Virus record (IMG/VR): IMGVR_UViG_3300017917_000894
Coordinates: 1 to 64,000 of that record
Direction: 5' to 3' (one strand)
Source of the DNA: a virus
Length of the DNA stretch: 64,000 bases
Shown here: piece by piece, positions 49,611 to 60,608 of the stretch
Layout of the letters: each line of letters opens with the position of its first letter
Numbering within the stretch: position 1 is the stretch's first letter
Translations under genes and position numbers: made by a program
The notes under the pieces: model-generated
Database searches by the model: none
Told to the model about the DNA's origin: nothing
The model's input: the letters and a program-made list of their open reading frames with translations, nothing else

Positions 49611-51902
49611 TTATTGCCCCCCAGAACCAGTCTTAATAGGATTACCTTGACTGTCTGTAACTATTCCAGCAGTACCTGAACTTAAGGTATTACCCTGAAG
49701 CTGACCTAAGAAACATTCGTAATATCCTTTTTTCTTGGCTTTAATATCAGGGGTATTAAACCCCACAGATTGGCAAGCGGCTTCAAAATACCCAGGATCA
49801 TTTTGATTTGTCTTACATCTGTCTAACAAATATTTTACACTAACTTCTGCTGCAATAGCCGGATTAGACAACAGTTGCGGATTTGAAATTAAATCCTGAT
49901 TAACCTGTGTACCATAACGAGCATAATTGCTTCTGCCTGTTAACTGAATATATCCTCTGCCAATAAACTTTGCACCATCGCCTGGTAAAACATTACCTAG
50001 GCCTTTGCCCTTTGCCGTCTGATATCCATATAAGAATTCAGGTAAACTGTTGTTAGGATTACCTGCATATTGTTGGGCAAGTGCTTTATCGCCTTTAAAC
50101 ACACTAGGAAATACCTGCAATAACCTATCAGCACTATAGTTAAATCCTTCTTCAACTAATTTCCAAGCACATTCTCCACCGGCAATACCTAGCAGACTTG
50201 CAACAGCATAAGGACTTGTTAATCCATATTTTGCGCAGGCTGCTTTTAATGCCGCAATTCCTGCCTGAGCCGATGCTGAATTTATTGCTTTAGCATATTC
50301 TGGATTACATGTTCCTGGTACAACTTCTGGCTGGTTTGCAGGTTGTTGCGTCCCGGCAGCCGGATTAGGAGGCACCCCACTTGCTGATCTGTCGGCAAGA
50401 GTAACATCGGTAGATTGAGCGCTAAACTTAGGAGGATTGATGCTTTCGTGCTGATCCCACGGCTCGTGTGTAGGAACCCGCTGCATAATACTCTTAATAT
50501 CATCAGCTTTGTAAAAATTACCATCACTCCATCCTGTGCCTGGATTTCTATTAGGCAAAGAAAACAAAGGTAATGCCGGAGGCGGAGTCGGTGATTCTGC
50601 AGAAGCTGGAGCATCTGCTGCTGGGCCGTTCCAGTGTATTTGAGCCCCTGACCCTAAAATATTTCCATTAGCACCAAAGTTTAAATTTCCTGCGGTTCCA
50701 ATTTTAATATCAGCTTCTCCGCCGATGTCAATTCCTGCACCGGCTGTCTGTCTAATGTTATTACCAGCTGACAAATTAAAATCGCTGCCGGAAGAAAACT
50801 TGACTGTGTCTCCTACCGCTTCGTCTTTAGTACCTTTGATACTAATTTTTTGATCACCATCGACTATAAGATAATAATAACCACCGATATTTGTTTCTGC
50901 ATTATTATTTGCTTTTATATTGATGTTACGACCAGCTTCAATGTTTATATCTCTATCTGCTCTAAAATTAAAATCATTTTCTGTGTGAATGCTAACACTG
51001 TCTTTAGCATAGATATCAATCTTACCATTGCTGGTCATTTCAATCCAAGCTGTTCCTTTGCTATTTGCAATATAGATTAAATCTTGGCTATTATGTAGTA
51101 GTATTTGATGCCCTGTTCTTGTACGTATTCTTACTAATTCATTTTGTCCGTTAATATCTCCGTCATCCATGACAAACGTTGAGCCGCCAAGGCGGCTAAC
51201 AGGTACTTGTATTTTTTGCGAATATCCTATAGTTCCTTTTTTAGCGCCTTGTCGTTCATCTAATGGGCCAGGTGTACTAATGCCGAACACAGAACTAGGC
51301 ACTTCTCGTCTAGCACTACTTGATGTTACACCTCTAACTTTATCTAACAACAACCCCTGCTGTAAAAGTCTGTCAGCAAATGGATGAATAGGTTTAGGAT
51401 ATTTTTCTACATTAGGGTCTTCAACTTTTTTAGTTGTCTTTAAAAACTCACCTACTGGTAGATAATCTGTTCCATACTTCCTTCTTTGCTCGTCTGTGAT
51501 AGCGGTGTATTTGCTGGCAGCAATTCCAGGAACCATATGGTTTTGATAGAGATCGGTTACACAACCCATCCAGAATCCCTGATTAGGATCTCCATCAATA
51601 AAAATAACCATAACTGTGGTACCGACATCAGGCGGCACCATCCAGAAACCATAACTTTTTTGTACAGAATTAAAATCGCTGCTGTTAGTTCCTTCAAATC
51701 TTTTCGAAGTATTTCCAGCAAAAGGACTTAGATATCGAACTACATAAGTTTCAGACTCGTTACTTGTAATGCTAGGGATTCCTTTAATGAGAGCAACTTC
51801 CAAGCAGCCCATATAAGAAGGGTCGAGATGATTAGTCACTTCTGCTAAAAAGGGACCGGGACTGGCTAACTTACCTTTTGTTCTTGTTTCAATGCTTGAC
51901 AA
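49611..51902 (-). CDS. gp5/VgrG-like central spike with C-terminal GH19 muramidase
   Basis: OB-fold PDVGTTVMVIF, RTRTGHQILL, beta-helix repeats; GH19 GEC...EE...GRGYIQLTGRSNY; TTG start. Confidence 0.85.
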   Translation of the reverse strand: MSSIETRTKGKLASPGPFLAEVTNHLDPSYMGCLEVALIKGIPSITSNESETYVVRYLSPFAGNTSKRFEGTNSSDFNSVQKSYGFWMVPPDVGTTVMVIFIDGDPNQGFWMGCVTDLYQNHMVPGIAASKYTAITDEQRRKYGTDYLPVGEFLKTTKKVEDPNVEKYPKPIHPFADRLLQQGLLLDKVRGVTSSSARREVPSSVFGISTPGPLDERQGAKKGTIGYSQKIQVPVSRLGGSTFVMDDGDINGQNELVRIRTRTGHQILLHNSQDLIYIANSKGTAWIEMTSNGKIDIYAKDSVSIHTENDFNFRADRDINIEAGRNINIKANNNAETNIGGYYYLIVDGDQKISIKGTKDEAVGDTVKFSSGSDFNLSAGNNIRQTAGAGIDIGGEADIKIGTAGNLNFGANGNILGSGAQIHWNGPAADAPASAESPTPPPALPLFSLPNRNPGTGWSDGNFYKADDIKSIMQRVPTHEPWDQHESINPPKFSAQSTDVTLADRSASGVPPNPAAGTQQPANQPEVVPGTCNPEYAKAINSASAQAGIAALKAACAKYGLTSPYAVASLLGIAGGECAWKLVEEGFNYSADRLLQVFPSVFKGDKALAQQYAGNPNNSLPEFLYGYQTAKGKGLGNVLPGDGAKFIGRGYIQLTGRSNYARYGTQVNQDLISNPQLLSNPAIAAEVSVKYLLDRCKTNQNDPGYFEAACQSVGFNTPDIKAKKKGYYECFLGQLQGNTLSSGTAGIVTDSQGNPIKTGSGGQ

Positions 51903-51931
51903 ATTAAACTCCGACTTATAATTCTCAAATC

Positions 51932-54900
51932 TTATGCTTCAGATTCGTTATTTCTAAAATTTTGAACCAGCTTAGATAATGGACTTTGAGCAGATTTACT
52001 TCCGAAAGTTTGTCCAACTGAACTAGAATTTTGAACATCTTTAACTACTGAAACTCCATTTATTGTTGATAACTGCGACTGGGCTGTTAAAATTTTATCA
52101 GAAGCTGCTGTTCGATCAACACTATTTACTTGGGCTGTACTTTGCAATCTATTAACCAGAGCAGTTGCCAATGCGACCGGGGCGGCGGCAGTAATTGGTT
52201 CTGGTGCCGTAGCATATGGCACCGTAGCAGGCAAATTTTTCACTTTAGATGCAGGAATGTAATCTAATACTAGTCCGGAGTTATGTGCCTGCACTAAATC
52301 TGTATCAGCAGGAACATTTTTAACATAGTTAGAAACTTGGCTAGAAAGTTTGCTTTGTAGATTAGGACTTAGGCCGGACATTTTAGCTGCATCAAGACCG
52401 GCCTGAGCAGAAATGCCGTTAGGATCCGCCGGAGACGATATTTCTAATTTTGTTTTATTTTTAACATTAGAAATAAAATTAGATGCACCTGCTCCTATGC
52501 CTATTACAGTTTCTAATTCTTTACTGCTTAAATCTTTAATTGCTGAATTAGGTGACAGACTAGATGCTGGTAACACAGCATTGTTTATTGTTAATCCTTG
52601 TTTTACATCCTGTGCAGTTGCATCAGCGATTGGGACACTAGTTCCAGGTAATTTTAATGTAGCACCATCACCAATACCAGAACCAACATTTGATTTATTC
52701 AATAAAGATCCTAGTTTAGCACCTATCAAACTACCAGCAAGAACGCCAACTGCTCGCTTCACAGGAACATTTCCAGTCAGAACATTTGCTGCCACAGCTA
52801 CTACCGCCGCAGTACCTAGATTAGTTTGACTTAATGACGACAGTCCATTGTTGTTTAAACGAATATTACTTAATGGATCTGTTGAAATATTTTGACTAAT
52901 GGCACTGGCATTAGATAACAACTGACCGTTTCTACCAATCAGACCGAATGTCTGTGGCTGTAGAGATGTGCTAATTCCGCCAAGACTACCAGGATTGTCT
53001 GTAAAATTACTAGTTTCAAATGGTCTTCCAGAATTAGGTATAGAACGTCCTAATTGTGTAGCAACACTCTGAGAATCGGCTCTAGCAGCAGGAGCTAATC
53101 CCGGATTAGCATCTGCAACAGTTTGATTTTTTGGATCAGGCTCTGTGCTAACTGACTGTGCAATATTAGTGGCCTGAACATTGTAATCTAAAATTTGCCC
53201 TGGCATTCGAACAATAGATAATTTTTGTGTAAATCTGCCATCTCTAAAACTGCTTCCGCATTGAGTAACCATATAGACACCACTAAACGGAATTCGATTG
53301 GCATCAAAATACATGGTACCGCCCTGTTCTAAAGGTAGTATATCGATAGGATTTCTAAAATTTACAGTGATCATTAATGCCTGTTGATTAAAAGATGCTT
53401 CACCTCCTTTAAGTTTTCCAGGGCCGGCGGGCTTAGGATTATAATTGCCCATACCGCCTGTAACTAGATAAAAAGGATCGCCAGCAATTTCGATGTCAGC
53501 TGTAATCATATTTGATTTACTGTTAACCACAGCATTGTGCAAATTTCTTGCTAGTTCGCTATAAGGATCAGACAGTGGCTGACTAGCTGTTCCGCTGTAA
53601 CTTTGTATTTGCGTTTCAACTACCTGTTTAGGATTTAATGGAACTTGTAACTGCGAAGCTGTTTGATTGTCTACACTTGACTGTTTTGCTTGTGGCGTAT
53701 TTTGATTTCCTGCGGCTGTTTTTCCGTCTGGCTGATCTTTTTGACCTAGTGCAGCAGGTATCGCTTCAAAATATAAAGTGTTAAAGTTCAATTTGAAACT
53801 TAATACGTCAACATTTAAACCGGTATAAAAATAATTGTATTCACGTCTACTTAATTTTTTAAGTTCTTTTTCATTTATAATATTATCTGCTAGATTAGGT
53901 ATCTTAGAATAATGAATTTTGTAAGGACTTACTACATAGGTAAAAATATGTGCAGGTCGTTTTAAATGTGGATTTTGAACGTCTGTTACTATTGTTTCAG
54001 TTCTTACTTGAAAGTAATCGACCATACCATACGCATCAGTATGTTTTTTAATATCTTTTAAAATATCTCTAATATATTCGCTGTCTCTAACAACAGCACT
54101 GATAACATCATTTACATTCATTCCTTCCTGAAAGTGAACTGCGGTTTTTCCAGGAATATATTTGATCGATGCCGGGGCTTTTTCTTTTTCTTCCGGAGTA
54201 GGTTGACGTTTACCCTGTTCCTTATAGGCGCTTCGTATTCCGCTCTCTGCGGGATTAACCATTCCATACAGCGCATTGTCTCTAGACAGGTCGACTAATT
54301 TTTTAGTAGGCAGCACACCCGATGTACTTTCTACCCATCCTTCAGTTTCATTCCAATCAACAAATTTTATTTTATATTCGTCAACTTCATTAGCTTTCCC
54401 ATTTTTGTAAGCAGCAAGATACATTGTCGTGTTCTGCTCATTAAGACCTTTAACGAAGTTAGTCAAAATTTCCGAAACCGACGAGCCCGACATTTTAATA
54501 GGTTTTTTAAGTTTATTAGGCTCTCCCATGTATCTTTGTTCGTAGGGGACACCATTACACTTATATCTCGTTCCTCTTTCAGTAACTTCAACTTCAACAC
54601 CAGTTAATCCGAAAGGAAAATATCTTTCGCTATCTGGAATCTTAACAGGATCTTTAAAATCTAAAAGATCGTTATCGGGATATCCCCAAAATTCAACTTT
54701 CAACACAAAAGGAGCATTTATGTAACTAGTAAACCCTGCGGCTACTGCGGCAACATGCAATGCTTCAATAAAACCGTTAATACTATAAGGTTCTAAAATA
54801 TCAAACTGAAGTTTAGTGGGCAGCGTAACATTTGCTTCTTTAGTGAAAGTCATAGTAGTATCTATTTCAACTTGATCAATAAACAGATCAAATCTACCAG

Positions 54901-55372
54901 GACTGGTTGTGTTAAAATTTCTTACTAATTCAATATTTTCAATTTTTTTATCATTTACCGCAGTTTGTTTTATTTGAAGTCGTCTATCGCGTGCATCGTC
55001 ATTAGCGGTAGGAACTGATGCATTAATTTCGTTGTCTGTAGGAGCGCCAGGAATTGTAAATCCTGAAATACCTTTTCCGCCGCTCTTAGCAATTACAAAA
55101 TCTAATGTACTTTCTCTTAACTTATCAGGGTTTTTTAGATAATCTTTGCTGAGGCCTGCAAGAGTAAAATGATATGAAATAGATCTATATCCGAATAAAA
55201 CATTTTTTTCTCCGGATTGTTCTACAATCTGTTGAGCTTCTCTTTGTTCTTTTGTTTCTTTTGAATCTTTAGGTGGCGTTTTTCTTTCAACTTCGCTCGA
55301 CTTTTGATTTTTAGAATCAGAAAGCGAGGGCGGAGTTGGCACAAATGCAGATTCGTATCCAGTGTATTCCAT
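51932..55372 (-). CDS. baseplate hub-like tail protein with low-complexity C-terminus
   Basis: IAGDPFYL...FSGVYMVT...FTQKL hub-type motif; position in the baseplate module. Confidence 0.6.
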   Translation of the reverse strand: MEYTGYESAFVPTPPSLSDSKNQKSSEVERKTPPKDSKETKEQREAQQIVEQSGEKNVLFGYRSISYHFTLAGLSKDYLKNPDKLRESTLDFVIAKSGGKGISGFTIPGAPTDNEINASVPTANDDARDRRLQIKQTAVNDKKIENIELVRNFNTTSPGRFDLFIDQVEIDTTMTFTKEANVTLPTKLQFDILEPYSINGFIEALHVAAVAAGFTSYINAPFVLKVEFWGYPDNDLLDFKDPVKIPDSERYFPFGLTGVEVEVTERGTRYKCNGVPYEQRYMGEPNKLKKPIKMSGSSVSEILTNFVKGLNEQNTTMYLAAYKNGKANEVDEYKIKFVDWNETEGWVESTSGVLPTKKLVDLSRDNALYGMVNPAESGIRSAYKEQGKRQPTPEEKEKAPASIKYIPGKTAVHFQEGMNVNDVISAVVRDSEYIRDILKDIKKHTDAYGMVDYFQVRTETIVTDVQNPHLKRPAHIFTYVVSPYKIHYSKIPNLADNIINEKELKKLSRREYNYFYTGLNVDVLSFKLNFNTLYFEAIPAALGQKDQPDGKTAAGNQNTPQAKQSSVDNQTASQLQVPLNPKQVVETQIQSYSGTASQPLSDPYSELARNLHNAVVNSKSNMITADIEIAGDPFYLVTGGMGNYNPKPAGPGKLKGGEASFNQQALMITVNFRNPIDILPLEQGGTMYFDANRIPFSGVYMVTQCGSSFRDGRFTQKLSIVRMPGQILDYNVQATNIAQSVSTEPDPKNQTVADANPGLAPAARADSQSVATQLGRSIPNSGRPFETSNFTDNPGSLGGISTSLQPQTFGLIGRNGQLLSNASAISQNISTDPLSNIRLNNNGLSSLSQTNLGTAAVVAVAANVLTGNVPVKRAVGVLAGSLIGAKLGSLLNKSNVGSGIGDGATLKLPGTSVPIADATAQDVKQGLTINNAVLPASSLSPNSAIKDLSSKELETVIGIGAGASNFISNVKNKTKLEISSPADPNGISAQAGLDAAKMSGLSPNLQSKLSSQVSNYVKNVPADTDLVQAHNSGLVLDYIPASKVKNLPATVPYATAPEPITAAAPVALATALVNRLQSTAQVNSVDRTAASDKILTAQSQLSTINGVSVVKDVQNSSSVGQTFGSKSAQSPLSKLVQNFRNNESEA

Positions 55373-55671
55373 TATAAGCTCAACACTCTTTTAATTGTAG
55401 TTAACTTAGGCAAATATATTTTTTTACCTGCAGTCATGTCAAAGATAGGATCTTTAATCTTACTTTTATTTCTAACAGCAAACACCCACCACAAGTTTAC
55501 ATCTTGATATAAATCGTAGGCAAGGAGGTCTGGTCTGTTTTCATAAGTGTTTGTAATTTCAAACAGAACATCATCTTTTTCTAATGGCAAATCTCTAAAA
55601 TTTAAAACATCAAGATAGCCATTAGTTAAATTTGTTATATAATAAGGACTTGATTTAGAATATAAGCTCAT
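55372..55671 (-). CDS. gp53-like / LysM-like baseplate protein
   Basis: RPDLLAYDLY...LWWVF...N...DP. Confidence 0.8.
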   Translation of the reverse strand: MSLYSKSSPYYITNLTNGYLDVLNFRDLPLEKDDVLFEITNTYENRPDLLAYDLYQDVNLWWVFAVRNKSKIKDPIFDMTAGKKIYLPKLTTIKRVLSL

Positions 55672-56477
55672 TAGATAAATCCTTGTTTCTTAAAGTCTGT
55701 AGAATTGTCTAGGTACTGGCTAACATTAAATTTCAGCATTTCATTTCTGCTGTACATTGGTAGACAATTAATTTGAATTGTAGAAATTGTAGGAACTGAT
55801 GTTTCACTGAATTTGTCGCTAGCTGGCATAGTATAATAATCAACATTATCAGGAAGATCTATTCGATAGTTGGTTATTGCTACAGGAACGTTTTCAAACA
55901 TCCATTCGCCGTGTCCGAATAACCTACAAACTGGAGGAGGGCTACCGCTGTCAGGATCTCCTGTTTTTCCGCCCGAACGCATTCTAGTTAGAGCTTTTAA
56001 GAGGTGCATGGTGCTTAGGTAAATTGCAGCATCACGATCGTTTGATACAGTAAACTTTCCTGCGATAGATATAGGTCCTACGCTAGATCTTTGATAAAAG
56101 TTAATGGCAAAATTTGAATGCAAAGGAGTTTGACTAGCATAGTCTGCTTTAAATTCTACGTTGATACTAGGAGTATAGGGAAATACAATACCTCCCAAAT
56201 TATATAATTCGTCAAATGGGCCAGCAGTATAGTTGCTCCAATAATTGTTAGGGACCATTATTTTAACACGATAATCTTTTCCAATTTGTTTGCCTTTAAT
56301 ATCAAAAACGTTTACTACAGTAGGTTGTTGTTCGGGAGGAAGGGCACCCTTCGAAACTCCGGGAACTTCACGTGTACCGAATGCCGCTGTCTTAAATAGA
56401 GTCCGATCTTTGATATTACTCGGAACTACTGTCGATGTTTCCTGGCTGGTATTGCCCACTATATTTTGATTGATCAT
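55671..56477 (-). CDS. tail tube initiator / baseplate-tube junction protein
   Basis: FPYTPSI...GSPPPVCRL...VPVAI. Confidence 0.6.
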   Translation of the reverse strand: MINQNIVGNTSQETSTVVPSNIKDRTLFKTAAFGTREVPGVSKGALPPEQQPTVVNVFDIKGKQIGKDYRVKIMVPNNYWSNYTAGPFDELYNLGGIVFPYTPSINVEFKADYASQTPLHSNFAINFYQRSSVGPISIAGKFTVSNDRDAAIYLSTMHLLKALTRMRSGGKTGDPDSGSPPPVCRLFGHGEWMFENVPVAITNYRIDLPDNVDYYTMPASDKFSETSVPTISTIQINCLPMYSRNEMLKFNVSQYLDNSTDFKKQGFI

Positions 56478-56532
56478 AAAAATTTCCCTTATACCTTATT
56501 TACTCCATAAATAAAACACTATTTTTACACTA

Positions 56533-56560
56533 TTGACAAATCAATTTCCTATGCTACAAT
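56533..56560 (+). promoter_or_regulatory. sigma70-like promoter with extended -10
   Basis: TTGACA-16-TACAAT with TG upstream of the -10. Confidence 0.6.
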
Positions 56561-56585
56561 ATGATGTGCAAGGATAATAAAAACA

Positions 56586-57497
56586 ATGACAATAACAACA
56601 AGTCCGACAGGAAAGAAAGTAAAGTATCTAAACAACAGAGATTTGCTAGCAGAAATTCATAAAAGTAAGTGTAGTTTTTCTAGTTTTACCAAGAAAGAAT
56701 ACAGTCAGCATGACATAATCTTACCAAGTTTAGATAAAATAAACATTCGAACCATAGCTGACGCAAAACGAAATAGAGCAAAACGGCTTGGACTAGAGAT
56801 CTTCAATCAATCAAGATTAAACGGAGATCGAAAGATCAAACTAGCCGAGTGTACTCCAGACTACAAAACTATTCAAAAAACTGATCTAGTCTTTAGAATA
56901 ATGACGTTTGATCATATTCCTCTTGCTCCGGGACGTAAAAAAACAACTAAAACAACCGCAGACACACACGATAAAGTTAACTTCCCCCCATTTCAACATT
57001 GGAAATTTAACGACCAAGGCGAACTAGAGTGCGTTGGTAAAAGTCACTGGAGAGGTGCACCTGACAACGGCAAGTTTAGTAAAGATCACGGTAGAATCAC
57101 TGAAGAATTAGGAAAAATGTTCTTAAAACTCAGCGAGCGATATGCCCAGCGTAGTAATTGGCGAGGTTATACTTACGTCGACGAGATGAAGGGTCAAGCT
57201 ATTCTTCAGTTAAGTCAAATTGGCCTACAATTCGACGAAAGCAAATCAGAAAATCCGTTTGCTTATTATACAGCCGCAGTCACCAACAGTTTTACCCGTG
57301 TACTCAATATTGAAAAGAAAAATCAAAACATACGAGACGATATGCTAGAAGAAAATGGGTTAACTCCTAGTTTGACTAGACAATATCAACACGAGTATGC
57401 AGAAGAAACAGCTCGACAAGCCGAGCTGTATAAAAACTTTAGAATGCCTAAGAGTGAAGAATCTGATCCTGAAGAAGACGAAGAAACTGAGGCTTGA
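56586..57497 (+). CDS. late-transcription sigma factor (gp55-like)
   Basis: YLNNRDLL...NWRGYTYVDEM...FDESKSENPFAYYT; acidic C-tail; adjacent to gp47/46 as in T4. Confidence 0.85.
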   Translation: MTITTSPTGKKVKYLNNRDLLAEIHKSKCSFSSFTKKEYSQHDIILPSLDKINIRTIADAKRNRAKRLGLEIFNQSRLNGDRKIKLAECTPDYKTIQKTDLVFRIMTFDHIPLAPGRKKTTKTTADTHDKVNFPPFQHWKFNDQGELECVGKSHWRGAPDNGKFSKDHGRITEELGKMFLKLSERYAQRSNWRGYTYVDEMKGQAILQLSQIGLQFDESKSENPFAYYTAAVTNSFTRVLNIEKKNQNIRDDMLEENGLTPSLTRQYQHEYAEETARQAELYKNFRMPKSEESDPEEDEETEA

Positions 57498-57522
57498 CGT
57501 TTTTCAAACAGTTATATAAACT
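57494..57522 (+). promoter_or_regulatory. sigma70-like promoter
   Basis: TTGACG-17-TAAACT ahead of SD AGGAG. Confidence 0.5.
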
Positions 57523-57542
57523 GTTAAGTAGGAGATGATTAT

Positions 57543-58556
57543 ATGAACCTTTTTAAGAAGGTAGCGTGTTTTACCGATATACATTTTGGTCTTAAATCAA
57601 ATAGCGCAATTCATTTGCGCGATTGTGAAGAATTTGTAGATTGGTTTATTGAAACTGCTAAAAAGGAAGGCTGCGAAACTGCAATCTTCCTAGGTGACTG
57701 GAGTCACAATCGAAACAGCTTAAATCTGTTTACATTAGATTCCAGTCTAAGATGTTTAGAAAAACTAGGAGCTGCTTTTGAGCAATTCTTTTGGTTTCCA
57801 GGTAACCACGACTTGTTTTATAAAGACAAGCGTGATATTCATAGTTCAGCATTTGGCCGACATATTCCAGGCGTCACTGTGGTTGAAAAAGTGAGCACCA
57901 TAGGTGATGTGACCTTAGTACCGTGGTTGGTAGGCGACGAATGGAAAACTATTAGTCAAGTCAAAAGCAAATACATGTTCGGACACTTTGAATTGCCCCT
58001 GTTCTACATGAACGCTATGGTACAGATGCCCGATCATGGCGAATTACAGGCCGAACATTTTGTACACCAAGACTATGTTTTCAGCGGACACTTCCATAAA
58101 AGACAAAGTCGCGGAAAAATTCACTATATTGGAAATGCCTTTCCCCATAACTTTTCAGATACCTGGGATGACGCTCGAGGTATGATGACGTTAGAATGGG
58201 GAGGGGAACCGAAATATATTAATTGGGACAATGCTCCTAAGTACAGAACTGTTAAATTATCCGACTTAATTGACAAAAAAGATACCATAATGAAGTCAAA
58301 AATGTATCTTAAAGTAAATTTAGACATCGATATCAGTTTTGAAGAAGCAAATCTTATCAAGGAGACCTTTACCAATGATCACGATGTACGAGAAATTAGC
58401 CTTATACAGGACAAAACAAACCTTGACGGGACGTATGAAGACAATCCTGACGCAAAGTTTGAAAGCGTCGATCAAATTGTTTCAGAACAACTAGTGAACA
58501 TCGATTCTACACAGATTGATAAAAAGATGCTACTAGAAATTTACAATAGCCTATGA
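57543..58556 (+). CDS. recombination nuclease subunit (gp47/Mre11/SbcD-like)
   Basis: DIHFG, LGD, GNHD, GHFE, SGHFH. Confidence 0.93.
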   Translation: MNLFKKVACFTDIHFGLKSNSAIHLRDCEEFVDWFIETAKKEGCETAIFLGDWSHNRNSLNLFTLDSSLRCLEKLGAAFEQFFWFPGNHDLFYKDKRDIHSSAFGRHIPGVTVVEKVSTIGDVTLVPWLVGDEWKTISQVKSKYMFGHFELPLFYMNAMVQMPDHGELQAEHFVHQDYVFSGHFHKRQSRGKIHYIGNAFPHNFSDTWDDARGMMTLEWGGEPKYINWDNAPKYRTVKLSDLIDKKDTIMKSKMYLKVNLDIDISFEEANLIKETFTNDHDVREISLIQDKTNLDGTYEDNPDAKFESVDQIVSEQLVNIDSTQIDKKMLLEIYNSL

Positions 58557-60334
58557 CATTCAAAATTAAAAATTTAACAGTGAAAAACTTTATGTCTGTG
58601 GGCAATCAAACACAGGCAGTGGACTTCGGTAAGGAACACCTAACATTAGTTTTAGGATCTAATTTAGACCTCGGTGGCGATGACACTGGTTCACGCAACG
58701 GTACAGGTAAGACTACTATTATTAACGCATTGAGTTATGCGCTCTACGGGCAGGCTTTGACAAACATCCGTAAAGAAAATCTTATTAACAAAACTAACGG
58801 TAAGGCCATGTTGGTCACTGTTGAATTTGAAAAGGGCGGTGCAAAATATCGAATTGAGCGTGGTCGTAAACCCAATGTACTAAAATTATTTGTCAACGAC
58901 AACGAAATTAAAAGCAAAGAAGAAGAAGACGAAAGCCAAGGAGATAGTAGAGAAACTCAAAAGGCAATCGAAGAAATGCTTGAAATGTCGCATACAATGT
59001 TCAAGCATTTAGTTGCACTAAACACCTATACAGAACCTTTTTTAAGTATGCGAGCCGCTGATCAACGCGAAGTCATTGAGCAACTGCTTGGTATTACGTT
59101 ACTTTCCGAAAAGGCAGAAGTACTTAAAAATCAAATCAAAGAAACAAAAGATAGTATTCAACAAGAAACTAACAAGATTGAAGCGATTAAAACTGCCAAC
59201 GAAAACGTGCAAAAAAGTATTGATAGCCTACAACTTAAAAGTAATGCCTGGGATAACAAGTATCAGCAAGACCTAGAAAATCTAGGAAAGGCAATTGTTC
59301 AATTAGAATCAGTAGATATCGATGCTGAGTTGCAGGCGCACGTTGCCTTAAAGGCGTGGGACGACGCTAACACCAAGATTCGTAATCTTAACAAACAAAA
59401 AGCTACACTAGAATCTGCGGTAATTCAAGCTGAGAAAACTCTTAAGAAATATAGAACAGAATTAGAAAGCCTAGGAAATAAGAAATGTCATGCCTGTGAT
59501 CAAGAACTTCACGACCACAAGCACGAAGAGATGACTGCTACTGCTACACAACATTATGAAGAAGCTTTCGAATACTTTCAGAAGATAAGTGCTCAACTTA
59601 AACAAATAGTAGAAGAAATAGGCGACGGAACACTTCCAAGTAAACCTAATACATTCTACGATACAGAAGCAGAAGCTCTAGGTCATAAAAATAATCTTGC
59701 TAACCTAGAACGAACGCTTCTAGGAAAAGCAGAAGAAAAAAATCCCTATGCTGAGCAAATTGAAGAACTAAAACAAAAAGCTATTCAAGAAATTAGCTGG
59801 GATGCTATTAATACATTGAGCAGATTAAAAGATCATCAAGAATTTTTACATAAACTACTGACTAACAAAGATAGTTTTATCCGTAAAAAGATTATTGATC
59901 AAAATTTAACCTACTTAAACAAGCGACTGACCTATTACATTGATAAACTAGGACTTCCGCATAAGGTAGTTTTTCAAAACGACCTTACCGTAGAAATTAC
60001 ACAACTTGGGCAAGACTTAGACTTCGATAATTTGAGTCGTGGAGAACGCAATAGACTAATCTTAAGTATGAGCTTTGCCTTCCGTGATGTATGGGAAGGA
60101 CTATATCAAAGCATTAATTTATTGTTTATCGACGAACTTGTAGATGCCGGCATGGATAGTGCTGGTGTAGAATCTGCTCTTGCTGTCCTAAAAAAGATGG
60201 CCAGAGAGAGAAATAAGAATATATACTTAATATCTCACAAGGATGAATTAGTAGGCAGAGTTAACAATGTACTTAGAGTAATAAAAGAGAATGGTTTTAC
60301 CAGTTATTCAAACGATGTCGAATATGTCGAATGA
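58553..60334 (+). CDS. recombination ATPase (gp46/Rad50/SbcC-like)
   Basis: NGTGKTT, zinc hook CHAC, LSRGE, LFIDE, ISH. Confidence 0.95.
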   Translation: MTFKIKNLTVKNFMSVGNQTQAVDFGKEHLTLVLGSNLDLGGDDTGSRNGTGKTTIINALSYALYGQALTNIRKENLINKTNGKAMLVTVEFEKGGAKYRIERGRKPNVLKLFVNDNEIKSKEEEDESQGDSRETQKAIEEMLEMSHTMFKHLVALNTYTEPFLSMRAADQREVIEQLLGITLLSEKAEVLKNQIKETKDSIQQETNKIEAIKTANENVQKSIDSLQLKSNAWDNKYQQDLENLGKAIVQLESVDIDAELQAHVALKAWDDANTKIRNLNKQKATLESAVIQAEKTLKKYRTELESLGNKKCHACDQELHDHKHEEMTATATQHYEEAFEYFQKISAQLKQIVEEIGDGTLPSKPNTFYDTEAEALGHKNNLANLERTLLGKAEEKNPYAEQIEELKQKAIQEISWDAINTLSRLKDHQEFLHKLLTNKDSFIRKKIIDQNLTYLNKRLTYYIDKLGLPHKVVFQNDLTVEITQLGQDLDFDNLSRGERNRLILSMSFAFRDVWEGLYQSINLLFIDELVDAGMDSAGVESALAVLKKMARERNKNIYLISHKDELVGRVNNVLRVIKENGFTSYSNDVEYVE

Positions 60335-60608
60335 ACAATTAGAAAAATACAAAGAACTATATTCTCAATTAATTGTTGAGCTTGTAGGGTTGCATAATAC
60401 GCATTTGTCTTTTATTAAACATGTCGGTCGAGATACCGGAACAGATACTCGACGGCATATTAGAGAAGTTGTACGTATTGCAACCGAGCTAAAAAGACAA
60501 GGTCAGAAAGTCTGTAAAGAAGAAATGGCCAATAAACGATTAGCTAAACAGCAGAAAAAAGAAAATAAAAATAAGAAAAAACGCAATGACTTGGTTATAT
60601 CAAAATGA
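60324..60608 (+). CDS. small basic helical protein
   Basis: Lys-rich C-terminus; ATG60324 or ATG60315 likely start. Confidence 0.6.
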   Translation: MSNEQLEKYKELYSQLIVELVGLHNTHLSFIKHVGRDTGTDTRRHIREVVRIATELKRQGQKVCKEEMANKRLAKQQKKENKNKKKRNDLVISK

